DNA from: a virus
Lineage: Duplodnaviria; Caudoviricetes
Virus record (IMG/VR): IMGVR_UViG_3300030332_001221
Location: 1-44,707 of that record
DNA length: 44,707 nt
Strand: one strand, 5' to 3'
The notes under the pieces were generated by a model, which saw only the letters and a program-made list of their open reading frames with translations, made no database searches and was not told the DNA's origin. Below, piece by piece: positions 16,694-26,983 of the stretch; positions within the stretch are counted from its first letter, which is position 1; each line of letters opens with the position of its first letter. A program made the position numbers and the translations under genes.

Positions 16694-16882
16694 ATGATGG
16701 GATTACCAACAGATGAAATCATGCGCCAAATGACGAAAATGGCCATGGAGAAGGCCACTATATTCTTTGCTGAAATGGCGGACGATTTCTCCGAAAATCT
16801 TGACCCCGATATTAGCGGTCCCGATGCATTGAAGGCATTTGCGCAACGATCAGATCAACTAACCGCAAACTTTATCCGATAG
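16694..16882 (+). CDS. Hypothetical protein
   Basis: AAGGA SD. Confidence 0.5.
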   Translation: MMGLPTDEIMRQMTKMAMEKATIFFAEMADDFSENLDPDISGPDALKAFAQRSDQLTANFIR

Positions 16883-16895
16883 AGACAAAACATGG

Positions 16896-17273
16896 ATGAC
16901 ATCGCCCGTACGAAGGCGCTCCATGCCTAGCATCCCAAAGCGCGGCGATATCAGATCCAAAGCACACTTGGAATTCGTAGCGTGCCACCATTGCGTTGCT
17001 TGTCACGATGCTTGGTTGATCGATGCTGGCGAGACCGTGTCACAAGCGGCGCACCTTAGAGGAGGTCTAGCAGGCGGAATAAGCTACAAGCCCTGTGACT
17101 GCCTCACCGTCCCGCTATGTACCCTTGACAGGCGCGGGCACCATGAAGAACACGACCGGGCGCCGGGATTATTCACTCAGAAACATGGCATTAATCTCGC
17201 CCGAATTGCTCGCCAACTCGCACTAATCAGCCCTGACAAACGCATTCGAGACAAGGCGAAGGAGACAGCATGA
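16896..17273 (+). CDS. DUF968-like zinc-binding/HNH-like protein
   Basis: RSKAHL.FV...CVAC, AAHLR, KP.D...VPLC...HHEEH. Confidence 0.7.
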   Translation: MTSPVRRRSMPSIPKRGDIRSKAHLEFVACHHCVACHDAWLIDAGETVSQAAHLRGGLAGGISYKPCDCLTVPLCTLDRRGHHEEHDRAPGLFTQKHGINLARIARQLALISPDKRIRDKAKETA

Positions 17274-17551
17274 TGGATGAAGTGGAGCGAGTGGCACAGG
17301 CCATTCATACTGGAGTGGGGTTTTTTGGTACATGGGAGGAAGCGGGGGCCAGCAGGGAGCCATGTTTAAAGGCCGCACGCGATGCTATTGAAGCCTACAA
17401 GGAAGCCATGGAGGAAAAGGATTTCGGCTTCTTTCCACGGGAGCCGACAGTGGAAATGTTAAAAGCCGTGGCGAGATACAGCTGCATCAACCGTGAGCTA
17501 GCCAAACGAGATTGGCAAACCATGATTGCGACATGGGAAGACGATGCCTAA
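17270..17551 (+). CDS. Hypothetical protein
   Basis: VERVAQAI..ARDAIEA..PREPTVEML..WQTMI pattern. Confidence 0.7.
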   Translation: MMDEVERVAQAIHTGVGFFGTWEEAGASREPCLKAARDAIEAYKEAMEEKDFGFFPREPTVEMLKAVARYSCINRELAKRDWQTMIATWEDDA

Positions 17552-17978
17552 GGGCATCTTTCGCTTGCATTTCGGCAAGCTGGTCCCCGCCGACCCGAAG
17601 GCAGAGGCATCCATCGCCAAACTCAAGCATGGCGAATGCATCCAAGTTGATGTACGCCGGCCACGCAATCTAAAGCACCACATGCTTTTCTTCGCGATGC
17701 TCAATCTGGTCTTCGAGAACCAGGAATATTTCCGGTCCGTCGATGACTTGTTGGATGCCCTAAAAATCGCCATCGGGCATACCAAAACCGTTGTCCTGAA
17801 AAGTGGTGCTCACAAAGTGCCGCTGTCCATTTCATTCGCCTCAATGGGTCAAGTGGCGTTTGATGATTTTTTCGACAGGGCCGCCAACTTCCTTGTGACA
17901 GAAGTCATCCCCGGCATGGATAAGAAAGCCCTGCTCGATGAGGTCATGCTTATGGTCGGGCCGGTTGGAAAGGCCTAG
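17544..17978 (+). CDS. DUF1367-like protein
   Basis: RPRNLKHH..FFAML, PLSISFASM...F..FF. Confidence 0.75.
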   Translation: MPKGIFRLHFGKLVPADPKAEASIAKLKHGECIQVDVRRPRNLKHHMLFFAMLNLVFENQEYFRSVDDLLDALKIAIGHTKTVVLKSGAHKVPLSISFASMGQVAFDDFFDRAANFLVTEVIPGMDKKALLDEVMLMVGPVGKA

Positions 17979-18022
17979 TCATTAAGGAATCATTGGAAAG
18001 ATAGAAAGCAAGGGATTGTTAG

Positions 18023-18349
18023 ATGGCAGACGCAGAAATCCGAATGATCCATGAGAATGCTGTAAAACGCGCATCTGACGATGATCAAATTTGGTTCCGG
18101 GAGAATCCCGGTCGCAACTTTCGCATCCGGGATTTAATGCCCTACGAGTTTAATGGGAAGATCGACGATCCTCCAGACGGATATACGTGGAGAACGATCA
18201 TTGCCCAAATCAGTGAAGGCGCAAGAATACGACTACCAGCTACGCTGCCAAAAGAAACACCAAACGAAGGGGCTCAAGATGATGAACTTGTTCGCATATT
18301 CGGCCAGGTTGCTCCTAATCTTCTTTCGAGATTGCAACGGGAACCATAA
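18023..18349 (+). CDS. Hypothetical protein
   Basis: 108-aa ORF, last of rightward arm. Confidence 0.6.
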   Translation: MADAEIRMIHENAVKRASDDDQIWFRENPGRNFRIRDLMPYEFNGKIDDPPDGYTWRTIIAQISEGARIRLPATLPKETPNEGAQDDELVRIFGQVAPNLLSRLQREP

Positions 18350-18402
18350 ATAAACTTCACCTCGTCGCCTCCAGTTTGGATCGTTCAGATAACGGCATCA
18401 AA

Positions 18403-18771
18403 TTAGAGGGAGATCGATTTGTTAGCCATAATTATTGCCTGAGCATCCGACGTTCGTGGCATATATGAAGAACCCCCAAAATATTTGACAACGTTGTAGA
18501 GCGTCCGTGCGCGCCACTTCGCCATACCGTCGGCGATCATTCCTTGAAGAAAATACAGGTCCGCGTTTTCTTTCGTGATCGGGATGTAAGCTGTCCGGCA
18601 GATCCAATCGTGGGGTACGGCCGAACGTCGATGAACGAAGTTGGTAATGAAGCCCGCCGGCACACAAATCTCCTGATCATCGTCCGCGATGAAACGTAAA
18701 TCCGTAAGCAAGGTCCATCTTTTACCATCTCTGAGGCACCGAACTTCCAATGGAGAAAGAAATTTAGCCAT
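18403..18771 (-). CDS. DUF1353-family protein, apparently internally shortened
   Basis: VPAGFITNF..AVPHDW..ADLYF..GM..V..FG. Confidence 0.7.
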   Translation of the reverse strand: MAKFLSPLEVRCLRDGKRWTLLTDLRFIADDDQEICVPAGFITNFVHRRSAVPHDWICRTAYIPITKENADLYFLQGMIADGMAKWRARTLYNVVKYFGGSSYMPRTSDAQAIIMANKSISL

Positions 18772-18787
18772 GCTCACCACCCAAACA

Positions 18788-19219
18788 TCAAGGAGCTTCG
18801 AGGATCGGCTTTAGGTTCTTGGGATCGGCGGCGGAACCTGCAAACTTTTTTACTGCACGAACCCAGTACCATCGACGCCACCACCACATACCGTCCTCTT
18901 TGAGAACGCGACTCAGGAAGTCGTCGGCGGGGATGCGCCATCCCGACCCCAGCAACTCCATCCGGATCAGTTGATAAAAAGCATCATGGCCAAAGGCCCC
19001 GCGAATTGAAGATAGCGTGTCCAGTGTCGGGCCGCTGGGACCATCGGAGGCGTAGCCGCTTCTTAACGTCAATTTCCCTTCGGGCGTCAGGATGATAAAG
19101 GGGGTCTTGATCTCCTTGGCTGGTTGGATGCCGGTGTTCTCAAAGATCAGGTCATCGGCAAGCTGATATTTGTAATTGGCTTCGCGGTATCTGACCTTCG
19201 TGGTGAGAAACTTGGCCAT
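18788..19219 (-). CDS. DUF1353-family protein
   Basis: GYASDGPSGP, HDAFYQL, AD..L....EDGM. Confidence 0.75.
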   Translation of the reverse strand: MAKFLTTKVRYREANYKYQLADDLIFENTGIQPAKEIKTPFIILTPEGKLTLRSGYASDGPSGPTLDTLSSIRGAFGHDAFYQLIRMELLGSGWRIPADDFLSRVLKEDGMWWWRRWYWVRAVKKFAGSAADPKNLKPILEAP

Positions 19220-19221
19220 GC

Positions 19222-19548
19222 TCACCATCCAAAGGCTTGAAGGATTATGCTGAGGACGCCACTCTCCCCGACAAAGGTGCCTTCAGGCGCCGTGTACGTC
19301 GCTGTGAGCGCCGAGGCGAGGCCAGGGTAGCCGAAATACTTGGCCGCTTTTGGCCCGTAGCGGCGCGCTAGCCCGATGAGCTTGGATACGGAGCCCCCGT
19401 CACCGTTACCCAACGCGGCACGGCGCGCTACGATCTCTTCCCATTCAGCTTTTGAAGCTTGGAAATGTGCTTCAGCCACCCCCGCTGCCTCTTTTGCAAG
19501 CTCAAAGGCGCTCGCTGTTTCCGTAAAATTTATTAGTTTATCAGCCAT
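19222..19548 (-). CDS. Hypothetical protein in lysis module
   Basis: Operon fit. Confidence 0.6.
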   Translation of the reverse strand: MADKLINFTETASAFELAKEAAGVAEAHFQASKAEWEEIVARRAALGNGDGGSVSKLIGLARRYGPKAAKYFGYPGLASALTATYTAPEGTFVGESGVLSIILQAFGW

Positions 19549-19984
19549 AACCAAAGACCCCCGCCTCTAGCCCAGCATAATCGCGACGATCTAGGTGAAT
19601 GAAATGTTTTGCTACGCCTACCGACCACCCCCGACGAAGAGCGATATCGACGAGTTGCCGAGCGTATACGATATCGGGTGTACGGATGTCGATAGCCGCA
19701 CAACCACTAAAGTCATGATAACGACTATCATTGTAAACATGTTGTTCATCGTGAACATGCAATGAGCGCGGATGACCTTTTGGCATCATGGTGCGATTGT
19801 GCTCGGCAGAGCGGCAACATGAGTTGACCACCATTCGCCGATTGAAAGCGATGCGGAGTAACGCTAATTCATCAGCGAAGCCTTCAGCAAGAATGACCTC
19901 ACCGGTCTTTTTGCAAGCCAATTCATCATGGCTGAAGAAGATTACCTTCCGATGGCTAGGATGACGGATATTAACTTGCATCAA
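19541..19984 (-). CDS. Endolysin, peptidase M15 family
   Basis: FS..ELACK, NSCCR..HN, SLH, AIDI, FIHLD.R. Confidence 0.85.
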   Translation of the reverse strand: MMQVNIRHPSHRKVIFFSHDELACKKTGEVILAEGFADELALLRIAFNRRMVVNSCCRSAEHNRTMMPKGHPRSLHVHDEQHVYNDSRYHDFSGCAAIDIRTPDIVYARQLVDIALRRGWSVGVAKHFIHLDRRDYAGLEAGVFGYG

Positions 19985-20100
19985 AAAGTTATCTCCGTTT
20001 CCACAAACTCATGTTTTCGACCTTGCCAAAAACCAACAAGGAAGCCTACGAGGAACGCTAACAGAATTACAAGCGTCCAACCAAAATCACCCAAGATCAT
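19981..20100 (-). CDS. Small single-TM protein
   Basis: MILGDFGWTLVILLAFLVGFLVGFW; ATGA coupling. Confidence 0.5.
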   Translation of the reverse strand: MILGDFGWTLVILLAFLVGFLVGFWQGRKHEFVETEITF

Positions 20101-20324
20101 TTGTCCTTCCGTTTCCGCAAAGCCCGTGGGATATCCACCCATAAGCGTACCAGAAGCACCGCGATAGTTAACACCATGACGGTGATGCCCAACCAAGTTT
20201 CGAGAGAGTCCGCCAAAAGCGTAACGCCAGTTCCGGCAACAGCCGCGCCATAGGTTAAAGGGGCGCCAGGCTCCGTCGCCGCCACGTCGCCGACGGTCTT
20301 AGCTATTTGCGGAGAATCCGCCAT
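20097..20324 (-). CDS. Putative holin
   Basis: Hydrophobic segments with basic C-tail, upstream of endolysin. Confidence 0.55.
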   Translation of the reverse strand: MADSPQIAKTVGDVAATEPGAPLTYGAAVAGTGVTLLADSLETWLGITVMVLTIAVLLVRLWVDIPRALRKRKDK

Positions 20325-21586
20325 TACAGCCACGCTCTCACGACCCACCTCCAACTGCTGCCGGTTATGTTAGCCCGATTGAACGAGGTCTTATCATGTA
20401 TGGTGCGGACGGTACCCTGAACGAGGCTAACATTCGTTGCGTCAGCGTAAATCGTAACTCCCGCATCCGCCGCAGCACCATCCAGGTCGCCTGTCGCCTC
20501 TACCTCATCACCTATCGAGTAGTTCAGGTCGGCCGTGGTGCATTTCATTACAACGCGCACCAAGGAGGGAACAGCACCTAAGCCATGCGCCACCTCTAGC
20601 AGAGCATCCGCCGATATCGTTTGATTGGAGCTTGTGAAGTCTGGCGTGAATTTTACCTCTTTCCCGCTCACCGGGAAATATAGACACTTAAAGAGTGTCA
20701 CCGTTTCCGCGTAAACGAAACACATGTCATCCGCTACCGTGGTGATATTGGCTGCGCCGGGTAGGTTGAGGTTAGCCCCATCGGTAAGCGTCAACGCACC
20801 ATCAAAGATGACCTTACGCCAAGCGCCGACCCGAGGCGCGGTGCCAAATGACGTAATCGTGGTTGTGCCGGTAACATGCACCGTATTCCCGTCAGTAACC
20901 CAGATATTCGTTGTCGTAGCACTAGCTACAGCGGTGCCTTCACTTTCGTTAATGGCGTTATCGCTGGTATCAAGTGGGCCACCTAATTCAGGGGTCGGAT
21001 CGGCCGACACCTCTTTCGTTATGAGCGCAAACCATGTTGTGCCGTCGCATCGAAGAAAGCTTGTTTCGTATTGAGTGGCGAGGGTTACGGTTGTTGAACC
21101 GTCAATAGTCTCTGATCCATCTCCGTCGATGGTAACAACACCGGAAGACCCGATGTTTTTAATCATCACCTCGAAAGTACCCCCGGCAGTCGCCGCCGCC
21201 AGCAGGGTCACAGTGAAGGCTCCACCAGAGGCATCACAAGTTATCAGCTTACCGTTATCGGAAGTCGTGACCGTGTAGGCCCCTGTCTTCGCAATTACAG
21301 AACGGTCCGTGATGATCCCATGGATCGGATCAGACGTGAAAATTGTGTTTGCATCAGCGTCGGTGAAGACCACCTTGTAATCTTGACCCTGAAGGAAGAT
21401 GTCCCCAAACCTTCCGGCGGAATCAGCTACAACCGGGTTGGCGTTGGCCGTGGTCAGAGCGTTGTCCGAATAGGTGTCCAGGCGCGTGCTCGTGTCAGTC
21501 TCGTAGAAATTCAGCAGCCCGCCAGCGTAAGGGTCTCCGTTTGCGTCTAAATACTGGGCGCGAGTTATGTTGAAGCGCACCGCCAT
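20324..21586 (-). CDS. Tail fibre/spike with N-terminal virion-binding domain
   Basis: YLDANGDPYAGG.L.FY..T....TYSD..NANPVVADSAGR N-terminus; Thr/Gly-rich body. Confidence 0.75.
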   Translation of the reverse strand: MAVRFNITRAQYLDANGDPYAGGLLNFYETDTSTRLDTYSDNALTTANANPVVADSAGRFGDIFLQGQDYKVVFTDADANTIFTSDPIHGIITDRSVIAKTGAYTVTTSDNGKLITCDASGGAFTVTLLAAATAGGTFEVMIKNIGSSGVVTIDGDGSETIDGSTTVTLATQYETSFLRCDGTTWFALITKEVSADPTPELGGPLDTSDNAINESEGTAVASATTTNIWVTDGNTVHVTGTTTITSFGTAPRVGAWRKVIFDGALTLTDGANLNLPGAANITTVADDMCFVYAETVTLFKCLYFPVSGKEVKFTPDFTSSNQTISADALLEVAHGLGAVPSLVRVVMKCTTADLNYSIGDEVEATGDLDGAAADAGVTIYADATNVSLVQGTVRTIHDKTSFNRANITGSSWRWVVRAWL

Positions 21587-21610
21587 GGGTATTCTCCGTT
21601 AGGTTGGAAT

Positions 21611-23203
21611 TTACTGCTGCTCGCTCACCAGGGGGACACCGCCCCGCAATGCGCTTTTAGATAACCGCTGGGATGGTGAAAGAACGTCGGGGGATTTCGC
21701 CGCCTTGCCCCCACTAGCAGCCAAATCCCTAAGATAATCCGCACCGCGTTTGGTCAAACGCTCTGCACCCTTTTGGGCCGCATACCCCGCTGTGGGGATT
21801 GCAACAAACGCAACTCCAGCGCCAACGGGTCCAGCCATCGCTAAACCCGCGCCGCCGGCGCCACCAGCACCCAGCAAAGACATCAATGCGTTTGTTTGTT
21901 GCCCTCTTCCGGGAGATAGTTTACCGATACGTTTTAGCGCATTAGCTGCAACTGTACCTTCTACAATCTTTCGCATAGCGGTTTTTTCATCTTTGGTAAA
22001 ACCCCGCAGCCTTTTTTTATTCTTAAGAAGCTGGCGGAATCCAATCCGGATGCCGTTCTCAAAACCACTCGCCTGCAAATCAGCGTCTTCAATAATAGTC
22101 TCGATAGTCTCCGTTTTCCGAATCCGGCTCCAAAGACTACGGGCCTTTTTTAAGGATTTTCCGGCACCTTCAACGGTCCCGGCAATAACATCCTTGTCAC
22201 TCAGACCATCAACGTAATTGTCAAACTCGTCCAACATTCGATTGCCGATACGGGCTTCATCCGGTTCACTACTTCTAGCCGCAATACCAATTTGGCGTCG
22301 GGCTATCTGCAAATCCCGCATACTTTGATTTTTGTTCCCCCGTTTTGAAATGGCACTCATAACCCCAAAAACTTTAGCATGCAGCCCTTCCGCCACACCC
22401 TCGCGCTCGACCATATCAGCCATGTCGTATAACAAATTATTATAAGAATCCTTCTTAAGAAGCGCGCCGCCTTCTTCCGCGGCTTCAAATGAACGCTTAG
22501 ATTTTTTAGCGAGTTCTTTCGTGGATGGCGCGGTTTCCCTAAGAGCCTTTCTCGCTGCCCGGTCCGCCATAACCGTCGAGGCTTTTGTAGCCAGTTTTTC
22601 CGCAGCCGGGGTTACCAGCCCCCCGGTGACCGCGCCCGTCACCGCTCCAACTCCCGCGCCCTCCAGGCGCTCTTGTACACCACCTTCCGCGCTGCCCGCG
22701 CCGTATACCGCGCCTATCTTTCCACCGCCGAAAGCCCCACTCGCAGCTCTTCCGGCTACCGTTGCGCCTTTGATAGGAGCGAGAACTTTAGATGCCGGAG
22801 AAACCACGGAGCCGGCTGTTTGCAGAGCAATAGACCAACCCGGATGCTCTTCCTCGAACCGCTTGAGTATCTCGCGTTCCTCCGCAAGGAGTTCTTCATA
22901 CGGGCGTCCGGTCATCATCGACCTGACGCCGGCGGCGAACTCGTCGTACCAACCAAGAAGAGCACCTTGCGCGATTTGACGGGCGCCTTGTTCAAGAGCA
23001 CCACCCACAGACTCGATCATACCAGCACCCGGCGCTTCCGCGGGAGGTTCCGCCCCTTCGCCATGGAAGTCCGCTGCCGCCTGTAAGGTAGCATCGTCTA
23101 TGTCCTCAATCCCAACGGGCGGTTGGCTCCCCGGCATATCGAGGCCATGAAACTGAGCAGCCTCCCGCAAGGTCTTTTCGTCGATACCCTCTAATTCTGC
23201 CAT
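21611..23203 (-). CDS. Internal virion / DNA ejection protein
   Basis: Ala/Gly-rich helical protein, third of ejection trio. Confidence 0.65.
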   Translation of the reverse strand: MAELEGIDEKTLREAAQFHGLDMPGSQPPVGIEDIDDATLQAAADFHGEGAEPPAEAPGAGMIESVGGALEQGARQIAQGALLGWYDEFAAGVRSMMTGRPYEELLAEEREILKRFEEEHPGWSIALQTAGSVVSPASKVLAPIKGATVAGRAASGAFGGGKIGAVYGAGSAEGGVQERLEGAGVGAVTGAVTGGLVTPAAEKLATKASTVMADRAARKALRETAPSTKELAKKSKRSFEAAEEGGALLKKDSYNNLLYDMADMVEREGVAEGLHAKVFGVMSAISKRGNKNQSMRDLQIARRQIGIAARSSEPDEARIGNRMLDEFDNYVDGLSDKDVIAGTVEGAGKSLKKARSLWSRIRKTETIETIIEDADLQASGFENGIRIGFRQLLKNKKRLRGFTKDEKTAMRKIVEGTVAANALKRIGKLSPGRGQQTNALMSLLGAGGAGGAGLAMAGPVGAGVAFVAIPTAGYAAQKGAERLTKRGADYLRDLAASGGKAAKSPDVLSPSQRLSKSALRGGVPLVSEQQ

Positions 23204-24468
23204 TGTCTCAACCTTTTACGCCTTGCAATCTCGTTTTGAATTGCCCCGCGCGGCACGTCCGGCAAGGGATTGGTTTGTTCTGTACTCGCACCAGGCCCCC
23301 CATCCGGCGCATTTTTAAAATCGGGCATTTTTACACGGAGATCATAGGGCAGGCTCTTAGCATCAGGCTTTTTCATAACCTGCTCCGCGATCTCATTGTA
23401 ATTTTTGATGACACTTTTCATGCCCCGTTCGTTAATTCCTATCAATTTTATAATAGCCTTCTTATTTAAAGTTATTTTCCCTGCGACAATCTTCTCCGCG
23501 TATTCCCGGTCAGCATCCGATAGGCCGGTACCCGCGCCAAATTGTTTGATTATTCTACCGACTTGAACACCCATTGATGCAGCGTATGCCTGAGTGTTCG
23601 AGACGGGATCATCAAATGCCGTAAAGCCAAGGTGTTCACTCAGAAAGCTTCCCGTGGAAGTGAGCCACCCAGCTCCAGTACCCGTAATTATCCCAGAATT
23701 GAGAAGTTTCTTAGATTCTTGTAAATTGGTCAAAGCGATGACCGTACCAACGACATCAGTGCGCTGCGCTACAATATCCTTGCCCATTTCTTCGCCAAGC
23801 TTCGTCATTGCCTTGGCGCCAACACTGACTGCCAGATTGGTTGCCCCCGCTTTCTTTAAGGCTGCTTGCTGGTCTGCAACAGCCTTGGAGAAAGGGTAAT
23901 CCTTTCCAGCAACACTTGCTTTACCCGCCTGAAACAGCGAGCGCGCGCGATTTCTAGCGAGCTCGAAATCATCCTCAGGGAGATCCTGAACCTCCGACGG
24001 CAAGCCCGGATTTCCCGCTTTCTTCCCCTCCATTTGGCGGAAGAGGTTGCCCGCTTCTCGTGATTGTTTCGCGAACTCCTTTTCACCTACGTCAAGTCTA
24101 AGCTTTTCCAGTTCTTTCGCGTCTTTTAGGACTTCCCTTTCTCCAGCAGCCGCCTCCCGGGCCTCCTTTGTCCTCGCACGCCCCTCTTTCTGTTCAGCGA
24201 GCAGCCGCGCGGCTTGATTTTTTTCCAAGCTTATCGCGGAGGCAACATCAATCGAGTACATCCTTTGCCGAGCCGCCGCGCTTATCTTCGGGTCTGGCGA
24301 ACCTAAGTCCGGACCCAACGCACGAAGCGCGTCCTGCTTATCAAACTCCCGCTGCTGGGTCTCTTGGGCAAGCGCGTCCCTATCCAACTGGCTACGCATC
24401 ATGCGGCCACGACCAAAAGCACCAGGATCAGGAGGTCGAATTTGAAGTGCCATTAAAGGAGGTGCCAT
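23191..24468 (-). CDS. Internal virion / DNA ejection protein
   Basis: Helical; GAGTGLSDADRE motif; position. Confidence 0.65.
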   Translation of the reverse strand: MAPPLMALQIRPPDPGAFGRGRMMRSQLDRDALAQETQQREFDKQDALRALGPDLGSPDPKISAAARQRMYSIDVASAISLEKNQAARLLAEQKEGRARTKEAREAAAGEREVLKDAKELEKLRLDVGEKEFAKQSREAGNLFRQMEGKKAGNPGLPSEVQDLPEDDFELARNRARSLFQAGKASVAGKDYPFSKAVADQQAALKKAGATNLAVSVGAKAMTKLGEEMGKDIVAQRTDVVGTVIALTNLQESKKLLNSGIITGTGAGWLTSTGSFLSEHLGFTAFDDPVSNTQAYAASMGVQVGRIIKQFGAGTGLSDADREYAEKIVAGKITLNKKAIIKLIGINERGMKSVIKNYNEIAEQVMKKPDAKSLPYDLRVKMPDFKNAPDGGPGASTEQTNPLPDVPRGAIQNEIARRKRLRQWQN

Positions 24469-24478
24469 GATTAAGTCC

Positions 24479-25192
24479 TCAAACTCTTCCACTCAGTCTC
24501 TCAGGTCCACTCGGCGCCATACGGGTTGCGCCATACCAGGGCGAAGAATCCGGATCTTCCCACGGAGAACCGTAAATACTCCGCCGTCGTGGCATCAACA
24601 TCCCCGCCGTCTGCATTCCCATATCCATCAGACCGGTCACGGCATTGGCTTGCCCGGCGTAGATCGAGCCCCGGGCCGCTCCCGCGCCCGTAAATGCTCC
24701 GGCCTCGCCTCGTGCGCCTGACATGCTATAATCACCCATCCTGCTCGCCGCTTGCTGTCCACCTCCAGAGAGGCGCTCTAATTGACCGACGTAATTGCCA
24801 TATTCCTCGCTGGCAAGACCCTGGCCGTATCTTTGGAGGCCCTTTTGCGTTGCCCCTGACATCAAACGCCCCCTGGCGGACGCCGACCGCTCAAGAGCCT
24901 TCGTACCCTCGCCTAGACGGAACTCGTAGCCTGGTGACGCCTGAAACCGCTTCAGAGCGGCAGCACGGCGGTCCTCAATGCTTCCTTGTGCACCTCCGTA
25001 ATCGACTCCTGATAAATCGGCCAAGCTGTAGAGCGCGCCTTTCCCCGTCGTTCGCCAAGGCTCAATATCCGCACGGGCTTGCGTAGTCCCCCGTGCAATC
25101 GCGCCTCTTGCCCGATCAGCAGCCTGAGTCTGGGCTTGGCCGGCATCCTTGGCGGCTTTGTAGCCCGGAATTACATAATCCCAAAATGACAT
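24479..25192 (-). CDS. DNA transfer protein (P22 gp7-like)
   Basis: SPGYEFRL.EG..A...SASARG.L.SG...K.L..YGQ.LAS.EY. Confidence 0.75.
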   Translation of the reverse strand: MSFWDYVIPGYKAAKDAGQAQTQAADRARGAIARGTTQARADIEPWRTTGKGALYSLADLSGVDYGGAQGSIEDRRAAALKRFQASPGYEFRLGEGTKALERSASARGRLMSGATQKGLQRYGQGLASEEYGNYVGQLERLSGGGQQAASRMGDYSMSGARGEAGAFTGAGAARGSIYAGQANAVTGLMDMGMQTAGMLMPRRRSIYGSPWEDPDSSPWYGATRMAPSGPERLSGRV

Positions 25193-25575
25193 CAGTACAG
25201 CCTCCTCCACTCCGCGCTATTGTAAACAACGCCCAAGGTATCATTATCCACGCTCAAAACCAAGGTCGCACTACCCATAATGTTTTTACCATTGCCGTCC
25301 AAAGTCAGGTTGTCGGTATTCCAGTTGCCGTTAGGATCATGAAAATAAACGGTCTGCCCCAGTTTAGGTGAAAGCGGAAGCGTGATGGTAAAAGCTCCGC
25401 CATCAGTTTTTGCAAGAATTTGATCGCCATTAGTAGCGGTATAGGTAGCGGTGACTTCCGTCCACCGACGAATATTGACCAGAAAATCCTTCAAGGCTTG
25501 AAAGTATTTCAACCAGTTCTTGGCCAACCACTCTCCCTCAACAAGGGGAGTCCGTGGGATTTCGGGAACGGCCAT
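25192..25575 (-). CDS. Small tail-associated protein
   Basis: Position after gp10-like gene; GGAFTITLP repeat type shared with fibre. Confidence 0.6.
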   Translation of the reverse strand: MAVPEIPRTPLVEGEWLAKNWLKYFQALKDFLVNIRRWTEVTATYTATNGDQILAKTDGGAFTITLPLSPKLGQTVYFHDPNGNWNTDNLTLDGNGKNIMGSATLVLSVDNDTLGVVYNSAEWRRLY

Positions 25576-25576
25576 T

Positions 25577-26983
25577 TTAGTCGTTCAAGTTAGCGGCGAT
25601 TATCGCCGACTTGACAGGATCGGAAATGGTCAAACGGTAGACCCTCTGCCAAAACCAACCCATACGGCGCCAGATCAACCGTTTGCGGTATTTTCCCTTT
25701 GCTCCCATATTCGCCCAATGCTCATTCGACCATGTATGCCCGCCATCGTCTGACCAGTCTAGCATAGCTTGCGGGGCCACCCCTTGACCGGAAGTCAACC
25801 CGGTACCGCTCTCAATCTCTATCTGAAGGCGATTGGCGAATACCCTCTTGGTCCCGGCGTGGAGAGGCGGCGCTGTCGCGATCCGTCGGATCGGGTCTCC
25901 AAGATCAGTAAAGGTATTGATATCGAGTTCGTTGATCTTGCCACTGGCGAAATCGCCAACCAGGGTCTTACCATATATCTTCAAACTGTGCGCCGGTCGC
26001 CAACGAGGAAGGAACCTGTTGTTAGCCGTATCGTAGCCCTCTCTCTCGTGCCACAATTGAGTGGAAGCATCGTAAACGAAGGTCGCCTCGTCAAAACTTA
26101 GAACATAGAATTTATGCCCTTCCTGAGTGTGGAAAAAAGCTGTTGCTGTAGCAGGCGAGGCAAATCCCGCGATGGCCGACTCGATAGCATGGGTGGATAT
26201 CCGCTGGGGAACGTACCCGGCTGCCTTGTAGACAATCTTGTCATCACCAAGCCAAAATATCGTATTATCCTCAGCGACGATGGAATGCTTGGCAAGGCAA
26301 CCTCTTTGCACGACCGCCGTTGATATTCGGGTGAATGGAAAGTCGGAATCTCCTGAATTATACCAAACCTCCGTGGTAGTCTCTCCGAATAGCCACACTT
26401 CCCCATGATCAACAAAACACGCAACAAGGTTATCCGGGTCGCTCTCCGCCGTTGCGATATCCGTAGCGTCCCAGGCCGTAGCGTCATTCAAAGCAGAAAT
26501 AAAGAACGTATCAGCGGACGGCGTCGTAGCAATGATATAACCGCCCGTGAACGCTACCGAAGACGCGCCGTGAAAATCGGTATCGTTGGGGTTGATGGCA
26601 GTCAAAGCGAAAACCGCCGTCATAACGTATGTATCAGTAGCCCCCGTTTCAGCCTGAATAACTAATTGAGTGCCATTATCCGCCATGAAGACATCAGCAG
26701 AGCCTCCTACGGTACCTCGGTTAGTTCCTGTTCCAGCGGAATCGACGGTAAAAATATCTGCTCCACTGACAACACAGAGCGTCCCCGCGAAATCGTGCAT
26801 CCCTCGAATTGGCCCGGTTCCGATATCGGCGAACGTCTTTTGACCGGGCGTACCGATAACGGGGATTTGCGCCTTCGCATCGGGCGGTGACGCCTCGGCG
26901 AAATAGTTCACAAGCCGTTGCGCCGATAGGTGCTCTACGCCTTCACGCTTGTAAGAATTGCGGGCAAAAGGGACTCTCACCAA
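25577..26983 (-). CDS. Packaged-DNA stabilization / tail nozzle protein (P22 gp10-like)
   Basis: AESDPD, LFGETTTEVW, RISTHAIE, GHKFYVLSF, WSDDGGHTW, WRRMG. Confidence 0.85.
   Translation of the reverse strand: MVRVPFARNSYKREGVEHLSAQRLVNYFAEASPPDAKAQIPVIGTPGQKTFADIGTGPIRGMHDFAGTLCVVSGADIFTVDSAGTGTNRGTVGGSADVFMADNGTQLVIQAETGATDTYVMTAVFALTAINPNDTDFHGASSVAFTGGYIIATTPSADTFFISALNDATAWDATDIATAESDPDNLVACFVDHGEVWLFGETTTEVWYNSGDSDFPFTRISTAVVQRGCLAKHSIVAEDNTIFWLGDDKIVYKAAGYVPQRISTHAIESAIAGFASPATATAFFHTQEGHKFYVLSFDEATFVYDASTQLWHEREGYDTANNRFLPRWRPAHSLKIYGKTLVGDFASGKINELDINTFTDLGDPIRRIATAPPLHAGTKRVFANRLQIEIESGTGLTSGQGVAPQAMLDWSDDGGHTWSNEHWANMGAKGKYRKRLIWRRMGWFWQRVYRLTISDPVKSAIIAANLND

Noticed and set aside
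20324-21586. Diversity-generating retroelement target in fibre gene
   Set aside because: No reverse transcriptase or template/variable repeat pair was seen.
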